A stretch of DNA of 64,000 nt, taken from the NCBI GenBank assembly GCA_964582475.1, contig CAZOQS010000004.1, forward strand, positions 63,489 through 127,488, read 5' to 3'. Positions within the stretch are counted from its first letter, which is position 1. Each line of letters opens with the position of its first letter. Below are positions 55,559 through 63,649 of this stretch, one piece after another. This stretch comes from an uncultured Gammaproteobacteria bacterium. GTDB lineage: Bacteria; Patescibacteriota; Patescibacteriia; 2-12-FULL-60-25. A program made the position numbers and the translations under genes. Under the pieces are notes generated by a model. The model was not told the origin of the DNA. It searched no databases and saw only the letters and a program-made list of their open reading frames with translations.

Positions 55559-56121
55559 CTATTTTTGCTCGTCAGGGATGAACGCGAGCGCGTCACCGTT
55601 CATACAATAGCGGAGACTTGTGGGTTCTGGCCCGTCAGAAAAGACATGGCCGAGATGGTCTCCGCATTTCGAGCGAATCTCTGTTCGTTCCATAAATAGA
55701 CCTTCGTCCTTTTGTTCGATGACCGCGTCGGGTTTGATCGGAGCCTAAAAACTGGGCCAGCCCGTGCAAGAATCGTATTTCTGTTCAGAGCGGAAGACAG
55801 GCCCGCACAATCTGCGGTTACGTAGGTACCAGGCCGTTTTTCATCCAAGAGCAGGCTGGTGAAGGGTGTTTCCGTCCCGGCTTCACGCAGGATGTGGCAC
55901 TGCTCAGGCGATAAAATACTCTTCCAGTATTCCTCGGTGCGAGTAGCTTTCACAGGGTGATTCACCCGCTGTCTGGAGATTCGTACCCCAAATCCACCCA
56001 CCATAAGAAGAGTGGCGAGTGCCGTGATACCCGTGTATCGGGTGTGGGTTTCGTTGGGATTGGCAGCGTAGAGTGAAAATGATTTTAGGTTGTGGCAGGA
56101 GTTTCTTCTACGGTGGTACAC
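55559..56121 (-). pseudogene. msrB: Membrane-anchored methionine-R-sulfoxide reductase MsrB, disrupted (1-nt frameshift + in-frame TAG)
   Basis: The upstream frame gives ...EEYWKSILSPEQCHILREAGTETPFT...PGTYVTADCAG. From about 55803 the MsrB sequence continues in another frame as PVFRSEQKYDSCTGWPSF-TAG(55745-55747)[57 protein letters not shown], ending at 55559. Confidence 0.75.
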
Positions 56122-56816
56122 ACCTGTATCAGGGTTTCAACGAGGTCAAAGAGCAAGTCAGCTGCTTCACGATCTTTTAATGTAACCAGCTTGCATTGTT
56201 TGCGTGTTTCTTCGTACTGAGGCGCGGATAAAAAAGAAAGAAACTTGCGTAGATACTCAGGTGAACGAATGTACATGTTACAGAGCTCAACCGTATCTTC
56301 TATGACCTGCATATCCACTCCTTGAGCTGCGTAGACTCGAAGAGATCCAAGGGTAGAAAAACCCTTCCCTGTACTTATTCTTGCTGCCTTTATTTTTTGA
56401 ACAAGCAGGCTATGAAGTTCTTTGGCATCAGGAATTTTCTGTGCTAAGTCCTCAACAAGGTGATGCGTTAGTTCATGAGAGAAACGATACGCGACTTCAG
56501 CTTCAGGAGTGAAACTTGCTTCATCAAATAAGATAAGACTTCGTTCTTGAGGTGATAATAGCTTGAGTCCAACCTGCAATATTCTGAAACGATCAGTTTC
56601 AATGGTCGTACCACTATGCCAATTATTTGGATCCACCTGGACTCGGTCTGGGAAGCATCCATTACGATCGAGAGCTAGAGTGACAGCTTCTCCATGTTGC
56701 GTTTGAGTTCCTAACAAATCAAAAAGCTGACCTGCCGCCTCCTCTGGTCTTTGTCGAGCGGTTTCAATCAACTTCGTATGCCAACTTTTCGGACCAGCCA
56801 TCTCGTAATGATTCAT
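56085..56816 (-). CDS. Hypothetical protein with an HExxH motif (possible metallopeptidase)
   Basis: 243-aa ORF with FSHELTHHLVED. Confidence 0.5.
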   Translation of the reverse strand: MNHYEMAGPKSWHTKLIETARQRPEEAAGQLFDLLGTQTQHGEAVTLALDRNGCFPDRVQVDPNNWHSGTTIETDRFRILQVGLKLLSPQERSLILFDEASFTPEAEVAYRFSHELTHHLVEDLAQKIPDAKELHSLLVQKIKAARISTGKGFSTLGSLRVYAAQGVDMQVIEDTVELCNMYIRSPEYLRKFLSFLSAPQYEETRKQCKLVTLKDREAADLLFDLVETLIQVCTTVEETPATT

Positions 56817-56824
56817 ACTCAGTG

Positions 56825-57457
56825 TTACAAGGAATGAAGTGCCGTCTCCAATACTCGTGCAAACACTTCATCCTGCGTCCCTTGTCCGTCTACGCGCTTC
56901 CAGCGAGCTTTGAGTAGGTCGTGATCAGCGAGAGCGCGATAGCCTTCAACGCAGGAACGGAAGAAGGCGATTGGCAGGGTTTCGAATTTATCGCCACGGG
57001 CATCGAAGGTGCGTTTCAATCCGATCTCAGGGTCGAGATCCATTTCGATGATGAGGTCGGGGAGAAAATCTTTCACCGACGTTTTGTTCACCTCAAGAAT
57101 GGTTTCGAAGCCCAAGCCGCGTCCGAAGCCTTGCCAGGCGATACTTGTACAGAAGCTACGATCAGAGACGACGATTCCTCCTTTTGCGAGCACAGGAAGA
57201 ACGACGGTTCGTAACGATTGCGCGCGGGCCGAAGCATACAGATAGGCTTCGCACATTGGATCCATCGGTTCGTTGAACGGAGTCGCTTGAACCAGTGTGC
57301 GGATCGCTTCTGCGATTTCACTGCCGCCTGGTTCACGTGTCCAGATGATTTCTTTTTCGGGAAAGCGTTTCTTTAATTCTTCGACTAAGCGTTTTGATTG
57401 AGTGGTTTTTCCCGTCCCAACAACTCCTTCGAAGACAAGGTAGCGGCCAGTGGTCAT
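56825..57457 (-). CDS. tmk: Thymidylate (dTMP) kinase
   Basis: P-loop FEGVVGTGKTTQ, DR(S/Y) motif VVSDRS, lid region. Confidence 0.92.
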   Translation of the reverse strand: MTTGRYLVFEGVVGTGKTTQSKRLVEELKKRFPEKEIIWTREPGGSEIAEAIRTLVQATPFNEPMDPMCEAYLYASARAQSLRTVVLPVLAKGGIVVSDRSFCTSIAWQGFGRGLGFETILEVNKTSVKDFLPDLIIEMDLDPEIGLKRTFDARGDKFETLPIAFFRSCVEGYRALADHDLLKARWKRVDGQGTQDEVFARVLETALHSL

Positions 57458-57491
57458 ATGCCGTTATCGTGCCAGGTCGATATCGTGTCGT

Positions 57492-59243
57492 CTAGCCGAA
57501 GGTGAAGGTGTAGGCTTCCAGTCCGCTCGCTTCCGCTTCAAGTTCGAGTAGGTGTTGGCCAGCACCGGCTGTGTCGTTGATGAGATGGTAGAGCTGCTCA
57601 TCCTTAATCAAGGCATAGCTTTGGTCACCTTCAAAAAAGATGTCTGATCCGGCGGTCTCGCGTGTCAGTGGTTTTCCATCGCGGGTGACCTTGAGCTTCA
57701 CGGGCTTGATAGCGCTCGCAACAAAGAAGACATTGCGTGCCGTATAGCGATAGATGATCTGAGCGTTTCGTGTTTTATTCTCCGCGCGTTCCCCATCGAA
57801 ATTCCAAGTTCCTGCGAGGTATAGCGCATTTTGAGCAATATCGGTTGGACGTTCTAATTGTTGTTCGCCACGTGTACCGAACCGACCGTTTGCGAGCGTG
57901 CTGTTTCGGTCCGAGCCGAAGTAGACTTCAGGGCTTTGATCGCGTGTTGGACTACTCGTCTCTTGCGGTTTGACTGCTCCTGTTGGTACCGATAGCACGG
58001 CTTGATTGTCGCGCGCCATCTTTTCACGCAGGAGTTCTTGAATCTTCTTTTCTGTTTCTTCGTAGCCACCTTCTCCAATATGATCGTAGACCACTTTGCC
58101 GTCGATATTAATTAAGTATTTACGTGGCCAGTAGTTATTCCCCCAGGCATTCCAGGTGCCATAGTCATTATCCAGAACGACAGGAAATGTGATCCCATAT
58201 TTTGTCATCGCTTTTTTGACGTTTTCAAGATTCTTTTCAAATGCGAATTCTGGCGTGTGGATGCCGACGACCTCGAGGCCTTGGTCCTTGTACTTATCGT
58301 ACCAAGCGTTGAGATAGGGGAAGGTGCGAATACAATTGATGCAGGTGTAGGTCATGAAGTCGACCAGAATCACTTTCTTTCCCACAAGGCCACCGAGCGT
58401 CACGCTTGAGGTGTTTACGAAGCCAGAGGGATTTGTAATTTCACGATACTGCGGAAACATCGTGTCGGCAGTTGCTGTCGGAGAAAGGGTGCCTGAGTTC
58501 AGTGCAGGCGTATCCATCTTTTCTGTCGATTGAAGAATCGTTTGTTCGAAGTTCGTAATATTAAAGTAACCTTTTTCTAACAAGAATGTTTGTACGCGCT
58601 TGTCCGCTCCCGTCAGGATGAAGATTCCGACCAGGATGAACAAAATACCTAAGCTACGTTTGAACCATCCATTCGGATTTGCTGCCCAGCGCGCTTTTTG
58701 AATAAAGCGCTGTCCAAGCAAGCTGATCAAGAGCAAGACGAGGGCGAGTCCAAGGGCATAGGCGATTAAATACACGATCCCCGTCGCGAGGCTGCGAGGG
58801 AGAACCGTTGCGAGAATGAGGAAATACGTAGGTGAACAGCTTGAGAAGACTGGTCCGAGGGATAGACCGATCAACACATCACCTAGACGAGTTTTCTGTT
58901 CACGGGATGAGTTCAGGAGTTGTTCCGACCGGTTGGCGAGACCGAGCTTCACGCTGATGGCGTCCCAGGCTCTTGGGAAGAGGCTGATTAGTCCGAAGAT
59001 AATAAGGATGCCTCCTGAAATCGCGCTCCAGACACCCTGAGGAATGTTGATGAAGGCGGTGCTGAACTTGAGGGCGAGTGTAAATAATACGATCGCGACG
59101 GCGAGTGATCCGGTGATGATGTACGGATTACGCTTTTGTCCGCCTTGAACGGAGCCACCGATAATGATCGGCAGAACCGGCAAAATGCAGGGCGCGAGCA
59201 CCGTAAGCGCGCCCGACAAGAAAGAAATGAGGAGCAGCAGCAT
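57492..59243 (-). CDS. DipZ-like protein: CcdA/DsbD-type thiol-disulfide transporter fused to an extracytoplasmic thioredoxin-like (TlpA/ResA) domain and a C-terminal beta domain
   Basis: CcdA Cys motifs LAPCILP and SSCSPTY. CxxC TYTCINCIRT in a redoxin-like domain. About 6 TM helices. Confidence 0.85.
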   Translation of the reverse strand: MLLLLISFLSGALTVLAPCILPVLPIIIGGSVQGGQKRNPYIITGSLAVAIVLFTLALKFSTAFINIPQGVWSAISGGILIIFGLISLFPRAWDAISVKLGLANRSEQLLNSSREQKTRLGDVLIGLSLGPVFSSCSPTYFLILATVLPRSLATGIVYLIAYALGLALVLLLISLLGQRFIQKARWAANPNGWFKRSLGILFILVGIFILTGADKRVQTFLLEKGYFNITNFEQTILQSTEKMDTPALNSGTLSPTATADTMFPQYREITNPSGFVNTSSVTLGGLVGKKVILVDFMTYTCINCIRTFPYLNAWYDKYKDQGLEVVGIHTPEFAFEKNLENVKKAMTKYGITFPVVLDNDYGTWNAWGNNYWPRKYLINIDGKVVYDHIGEGGYEETEKKIQELLREKMARDNQAVLSVPTGAVKPQETSSPTRDQSPEVYFGSDRNSTLANGRFGTRGEQQLERPTDIAQNALYLAGTWNFDGERAENKTRNAQIIYRYTARNVFFVASAIKPVKLKVTRDGKPLTRETAGSDIFFEGDQSYALIKDEQLYHLINDTAGAGQHLLELEAEASGLEAYTFTFG

Positions 59244-59247
59244 ACGA

Positions 59248-59790
59248 TTAGATTATTTGGGCGACGATGGATTGAAGCGTCGAGCCGCCACTCCACTTTT
59301 TTAGCAGCGTTCCTTGGGCATCAACTTGCACAAATGTGTGCTGGTAGGTGACGCCATACTTCTTTTTCAGTTCTGTCGAGGAGTCGTAATCCACAATGAG
59401 TAACGAGAGATCATTCGGAAGGCCTTTAAGATGGTTCTTTATATCCGTGTTAACCGTTTTGCATGTTGGGCACCACGGTGCATAAAAGAATAAAACAACA
59501 TTCCCTGTTTCTGCCCGGCTAAGTTTTGATGCTTCATAGGCTTCGTAGCTCCCCTCGGTGTTCACGAGTATGTTCGTTGCAATCATGGCACTGGTTGATG
59601 TCATGGAATTTGAGGCTTCCATTCGTCCCCCAGAAGCAGGTTCCATAACAGGTTCCATTTTTTGCATTGCAGCCGGTTGTGCGGCTGGCTGCATAGGTTG
59701 AGAATTTAGTTTGGATGGACCTTCGCAGCCAGCACCAACAAGGATCAAGACGGAAAAGGCTGAGAGAAGGAGGGTGGGGAGTTTGAACAT
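59248..59790 (-). CDS. Thioredoxin-like lipoprotein
   Basis: Lipobox LVGAGC. Active site FYAPWCPTCK. Confidence 0.85.
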   Translation of the reverse strand: MFKLPTLLLSAFSVLILVGAGCEGPSKLNSQPMQPAAQPAAMQKMEPVMEPASGGRMEASNSMTSTSAMIATNILVNTEGSYEAYEASKLSRAETGNVVLFFYAPWCPTCKTVNTDIKNHLKGLPNDLSLLIVDYDSSTELKKKYGVTYQHTFVQVDAQGTLLKKWSGGSTLQSIVAQII

Positions 59791-59837
59791 AGAATGTGAG
59801 AGAGGAGCAATGGACCTATCATAGAACAGACAAAAAA

Positions 59838-59861
59838 CTATGTAAAGTTAACTTTACATAG
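59838..59861 (-). terminator. 24-bp perfect palindrome: weak terminator for the XRE operon and/or operator over the trx-dipZ promoter
   Basis: CTATGTAAAGTTAACTTTACATAG, followed on the minus strand by TTTTTTG. On the minus strand its half-site supplies TTTACA (59846-59841), 17 nt from TATGAT (59823-59818). Confidence 0.5.
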
Positions 59862-59880
59862 TCCCTTGAAGCTCTGCATT

Positions 59881-60252
59881 TTAGTTCGTGGAATCTTTGT
59901 ACAAACGTGCAATCAGTTTTGTGATCACCATGCCGCACAATACAATCAGGAGCCATGGGTCGAGTTGATGCTGAAGTGTTTGAACGATGATCCCTGTCAC
60001 AAGGAGCCCCGTTCCTACAAGAAAGCTGATGCGGCCCGCAACTTGGCGATGAAGCTGTTCGCGCTCGTCGCCGGTCGTTTCTTTCCAGATAATACCAGCC
60101 AGCAAAAGGAAAGCTACGATAAAGGCGAGTAAAACCATGCTCATGAACATGGTCGGCATCCAGAGTTTTTGAAAGGGATTCAGAAACAAGAGGGTGAGTC
60201 CAACGAGGATGAGGGACAGAACGAGCTCGCTACGTAAAATACTATTTTTCAT
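59881..60252 (-). CDS. Small four-TM membrane protein (DUF2178-like partner of the XRE regulator)
   Basis: Hydrophobic 123-aa ORF overlapping the XRE gene stop. ATG at 60252. Confidence 0.6.
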   Translation of the reverse strand: MKNSILRSELVLSLILVGLTLLFLNPFQKLWMPTMFMSMVLLAFIVAFLLLAGIIWKETTGDEREQLHRQVAGRISFLVGTGLLVTGIIVQTLQHQLDPWLLIVLCGMVITKLIARLYKDSTN

Positions 60253-60454
60253 AGGCAATAGAGAAGATATCTTCTACGGGTTTCTTGAAAAATTTGGCGA
60301 TCTTGAGTGCCAAGAGTACGGAGGGCGTATAATTCCCTTTTTCAATCGCAATCACCGTTTGACGACTGACGCCGAGGGCATCCGCAAACGTTTGCTGAGT
60401 AATGTCGGCCTTGGTTCGGAGAGGCGCGACACGATTGTGTGTCACTTCTGGCAT
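60242..60454 (-). CDS. XRE-family helix-turn-helix transcriptional regulator (short, YozG-like)
   Basis: ITQQTFADALGVSRQTVIAIEKGNYTPSVLLALKIAKFF. ATG at 60454. Confidence 0.85.
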   Translation of the reverse strand: MPEVTHNRVAPLRTKADITQQTFADALGVSRQTVIAIEKGNYTPSVLLALKIAKFFKKPVEDIFSIAYEK

Positions 60455-60479
60455 GGGGGCATCAAACCACAGAAAGCGT

Positions 60480-60499
60480 ATGTCAAGCAAGCTTTACAT
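60480..60499. promoter_or_regulatory. Candidate XRE operator in the divergent XRE / VIT1 intergenic region
   Basis: ATGTCAAGCAAGCTTTACAT shares 16/20 positions and both 8-nt half-sites with the palindrome at 59840-59859. Confidence 0.45.
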
Positions 60500-60540
60500 G
60501 AAGGAAGCGCACACATCTGCTAGTATCTAGCGGATCTCCT

Positions 60541-61482
60541 ATGAACCATTTTTCTCCGTCAACCTTAGTTTTGGATGAGATGGCTGATTTAGCGCTCTAT
60601 CAGAACTTTCGTAAAAATCTGCAGCAACCAGAATTGATTCGCTTGTTTGATACCTTAATTATCGAGGAGAAAAAGCATGTTGCGTTTTGGCAGAAGAAAA
60701 CGGAAGTAGTTCCAGAATCACTCGGTATCGTGCGGACACTCAAGGTGGGAGCATTGACGCAATTTGGTCGTCTATTCGGGATCCCAGGAATCTTATTGGT
60801 GTTAGAGGCGATTGAAGTCCATGGAATCCGAAAATATTTAGACCTCTGGAGCTCAACTTCTGAAGTCTCGCTAAAAGCAGACGTAATGTCGATTCTGAAG
60901 GATGAACTGCAGCACGAAGATCACATGATTACGAATGTTGCAGGACGAAGCGTTCGACCAGAAGTGATCCGCAACGCCTTTCTGGGTTTTAACGATGGCT
61001 CGGTTGAAATCTTGGGGGCAGTAAGTGGGTTCTCCGCCGCCTTCGGAAATGTCTGGCATGTCTTGATCGCTGGCTCGACCGTCGCAGTTGCGGGAGCGCT
61101 TTCCATGGCGGTTGGGGCTTTCATGGCCACAAGCGCAGAACACGAAGTCGCAGCGCTCGATAAACTTCGTCGTCAGGCCCTCAGCATCGAGGGTGAGAAA
61201 CGAGAATCGGATGCACTTGCGTCGCCACTGAAGGCTGCACTGCTTGTAGGAATTACCTATCTCGTCGGAGCATTTGTACCAATCTTGCCATTTCTATTCG
61301 GTGCACAAAATGCCATTCCATCTATTTTGGTATCGGGTGTGTTGATTCTGCTCGTCTCTGCAACGCTCGCTTTCCTCTCTGGAATGCGCATTCGTCGTCG
61401 GTTACTGATGAATGGGGGATTGATTGCGTTCGCGGTCATCGTTTCAACGTTGTTTGGAATGCTGCTAGAACGGTGGAGCTGA
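60541..61482 (+). CDS. VIT1/CCC1-family iron/manganese transporter with an N-terminal ferritin-like domain
   Basis: The N-terminal EEKKHVAFW...ELQHEDH pattern suggests a di-iron site. FLGFNDGSVEILGAVSG and C-terminal TM helices are typical of VIT1. Confidence 0.8.
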   Translation: MNHFSPSTLVLDEMADLALYQNFRKNLQQPELIRLFDTLIIEEKKHVAFWQKKTEVVPESLGIVRTLKVGALTQFGRLFGIPGILLVLEAIEVHGIRKYLDLWSSTSEVSLKADVMSILKDELQHEDHMITNVAGRSVRPEVIRNAFLGFNDGSVEILGAVSGFSAAFGNVWHVLIAGSTVAVAGALSMAVGAFMATSAEHEVAALDKLRRQALSIEGEKRESDALASPLKAALLVGITYLVGAFVPILPFLFGAQNAIPSILVSGVLILLVSATLAFLSGMRIRRRLLMNGGLIAFAVIVSTLFGMLLERWS

Positions 61483-61502
61483 TTTTTTTGCACCGAAACG
61501 CA

Positions 61503-61556
61503 TACACCCGTCGAACCCAAGGGCGCGGATGTCTGCGCGGGGGTCCGACGGGTGTG
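61503..61556. terminator. GC-rich compound hairpin between convergent genes
   Basis: ACACCCGTCG ... CGACGGGTGT outer stem enclosing GCGCGG/CGCGGG pairing. Confidence 0.5.
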
Positions 61557-61564
61557 ATTGAGGA

Positions 61565-62302
61565 CTATTCGTCCAGGAGGCCCAGGTACTTGGCGAGGCG
61601 CCAGAGACCGTAGCCTTCCAGAACGAACGGGAAGAGGATGAGGAGTCCTCCGATGTAGGGGCCCACCTGCTTGAACAGGTAGACGAGCGCGAGTGCGTCA
61701 CTGATGATTGCGGCCATGAAGAGAAAACCCATGCCGACGAATTTCCCAGTGTACCTCCACGCATCGCGCTTCTGTTCGTCGGTCACCGCGTTGAGGAGTC
61801 GAGTCCCCGGCCCACCGTGCGCCTTGAGAATGACCACCATCGGTTCGACCGTCTCATGCCGAGGAGGCGCTCGCTTCACGCCCTGGGTCGGCGCAGTCGG
61901 AGATGTCAGGACGAACGGCGCCTCCTGCGGGGGCATGGGGATGGCGGCCGGGGTTGCGACGGGCGGCAGGCCACCGATCGTCCGCTTGCGCGAGGTCGCG
62001 TTCGTACGACGAAAGAGTTCTTTTGCGACAGACGCTGCCGCGAAGAACACCAGCCTCGTTCGAGGATCACCCGTGGCGGGCATCTCAGTTGCCAGCTCGT
62101 GGAGCAGGTCGCTCTCGAACGCGCGCATGATGCCCTGGAGGTCCTCATCGCTCTTCTCGGCGAGGAGCAGCTCGATCGTCTCGTGATGTCTCTGCCAGAG
62201 TCCCTGGAGAGAGCTGCTTTCGATCCGATCCAGGCCGCCTACACGGTCCACGATCAGATCAGTAGTGTCAGTTACGATTCGAATGTACCGGGCGTCGTCC
62301 AT
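61565..62302 (-). CDS. High-GC hypothetical protein with a C-terminal double-TM anchor (compositionally foreign)
   Basis: ATG preceded by AAGGAGGG (GGAGG = 62315-62311) with an 8-nt spacer. 47/60 G+C in row 61921-61980. C-terminal TM helices FVGMGFLFMAAIISDALALVYLF and IGGLLILFPFVLEGYGLW. Confidence 0.6.
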   Translation of the reverse strand: MDDARYIRIVTDTTDLIVDRVGGLDRIESSSLQGLWQRHHETIELLLAEKSDEDLQGIMRAFESDLLHELATEMPATGDPRTRLVFFAAASVAKELFRRTNATSRKRTIGGLPPVATPAAIPMPPQEAPFVLTSPTAPTQGVKRAPPRHETVEPMVVILKAHGGPGTRLLNAVTDEQKRDAWRYTGKFVGMGFLFMAAIISDALALVYLFKQVGPYIGGLLILFPFVLEGYGLWRLAKYLGLLDE

Positions 62303-62408
62303 GGGAAAACCCTCCTTGTGGGTACCTGTGTCTTAGGCGAGACGTACGTTAAACCAGGAAAAATAAGCCGTCAATGTAATAAAATACAGTTTCAATCAGG
62401 GGAAGGAG

Positions 62409-62855
62409 CTATTCGCAGGGGATTACTCGATGGATTTCTGCAAGATAGCGCGGAAAACGGACCGTTTCTTCGTGTAACTCCTTGAACTTTTGGCGAACTT
62501 TCCATTCTGCAACCAGTTGTTTTCTCGCTTGGGCGGTCTCGACCGAGCAGGCGAAGGTTAGTATCTCGACTTGATAGTCATAGGCTTCCGCTACTGCGAC
62601 GTACGGAGCAAATTCGGCCATAAGAATGTTCGTATTGTCCACCACGATCCAGGGTTCTTTTCTGAATACAGCCTCCATAAAATCACGAAATGCGCGTCGA
62701 TGAAAGTCTTTGAGCTTCGAGCCGTCAAATAGGAAGCTTCCATCCGGTTGTATGAAATAGGTGTCGGTTGAAACAACGTAGGCTTGAGGTGCTTGTGTCT
62801 TTGCCCAGGTGCTTTTTCCTGAGCCTGAGATACCTCGAAGAATCGTTACCCGCAT
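62409..62855 (-). CDS. P-loop kinase/ATPase (AAA_33 / polynucleotide-kinase-like)
   Basis: Walker A GISGSGKST. Walker-B-like IVVDNTN. 148 aa. Confidence 0.65.
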   Translation of the reverse strand: MRVTILRGISGSGKSTWAKTQAPQAYVVSTDTYFIQPDGSFLFDGSKLKDFHRRAFRDFMEAVFRKEPWIVVDNTNILMAEFAPYVAVAEAYDYQVEILTFACSVETAQARKQLVAEWKVRQKFKELHEETVRFPRYLAEIHRVIPCE

Positions 62856-63000
62856 ATAAAAAGAGTATGCGGTAAAAGAGCGAAAGGGTCAGTAGGTCAT
62901 TGTGTATAGATTGATTGACGTCGTAGGTGATCAGGACTACGCTTTTTAGGAAGGGATGTAAAAGAACGAAAAACTATCCTTATTCCTAAAGCTGCTTAAT

Positions 63001-63228
63001 ATGAATACGATGAACATTCAAGGCCAGCCCTCGGGATTTAACGTACAGTCAAATGAAATACAGACCCGTGGACGTGGGTTAGCGGCTGCCGATCCACAGA
63101 CGCGTGCACGCGTGGCGAGCGCAGGTGGACTCGCCGTGAGTCAGGATAGAAAACACATGAGTGAGATCGGGCGCTTAGGGGGCAAGCATAGTCGTCCGAA
63201 GGATCGACAAGAAGCGAGTGGCTTATAG
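63001..63228 (+). CDS. KGG-repeat general stress protein (YciG-like)
   Basis: GGLAVSQDRKHMSEIGRLGGKHS repeat pattern. 75 aa. Confidence 0.7.
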   Translation: MNTMNIQGQPSGFNVQSNEIQTRGRGLAAADPQTRARVASAGGLAVSQDRKHMSEIGRLGGKHSRPKDRQEASGL

Positions 63229-63576
63229 GTCCTTTCCGTTGAACTCCGTGACAGGCAGTCCGCTCAGATCCGTATTGTCGAGACAGCGCGCGTTTACAGC
63301 GATCATTTCTTGTCCGTCTGGGCCGGCACCGCGTGAGAAGGAGCGGACTCCGCAGTGCTTGCAGAAAAGATGGTGCAATTGTTTCTTTCCAAATTGATAA
63401 TCGGTCAGAGCATCTTGGCCTGATTCAAGTGTGAATTGAGATGCAGGAACAAATGCGAGTAACCAACCACCTTTGGAACAAATGGAGCAGTTGCAGGACA
63501 TGAGTTCTTTTAGCTCCACGTTGACCGTATAACGTACGGCGCCACAGTGACAGCCGCCGGTGTAGGATTGGTTCAT
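63223..63576 (-). CDS. GFA-family (glutathione-dependent formaldehyde-activating / CENP-V-like) zinc protein
   Basis: GGCHCGAVRY ... CNCSICSK ... CKHCG cysteine pattern. ATG at 63576. Confidence 0.8.
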   Translation of the reverse strand: MNQSYTGGCHCGAVRYTVNVELKELMSCNCSICSKGGWLLAFVPASQFTLESGQDALTDYQFGKKQLHHLFCKHCGVRSFSRGAGPDGQEMIAVNARCLDNTDLSGLPVTEFNGKDL

Positions 63577-63649
63577 AGATAGAAAGTAAAGCACACCCGC
63601 CGAATTTATTCGACGGGTGTGTCCTCGTCCTGTGCTTCTGTTCGATTCA

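Noticed and set aside
55745-55747. The in-frame TAG in msrB as evidence for stop-codon reassignment, or an alternative genetic code more generally (for example, UGA recoding as in some CPR lineages).
   Set aside because: All three stop codons terminate conserved genes at the expected positions. TAG ends the DUF4012 gene at 10979-10981, TGA ends rpmC, and TAA ends most r-protein genes. The same gene also carries a frameshift, so pseudogenisation or sequence error is the simpler reading.
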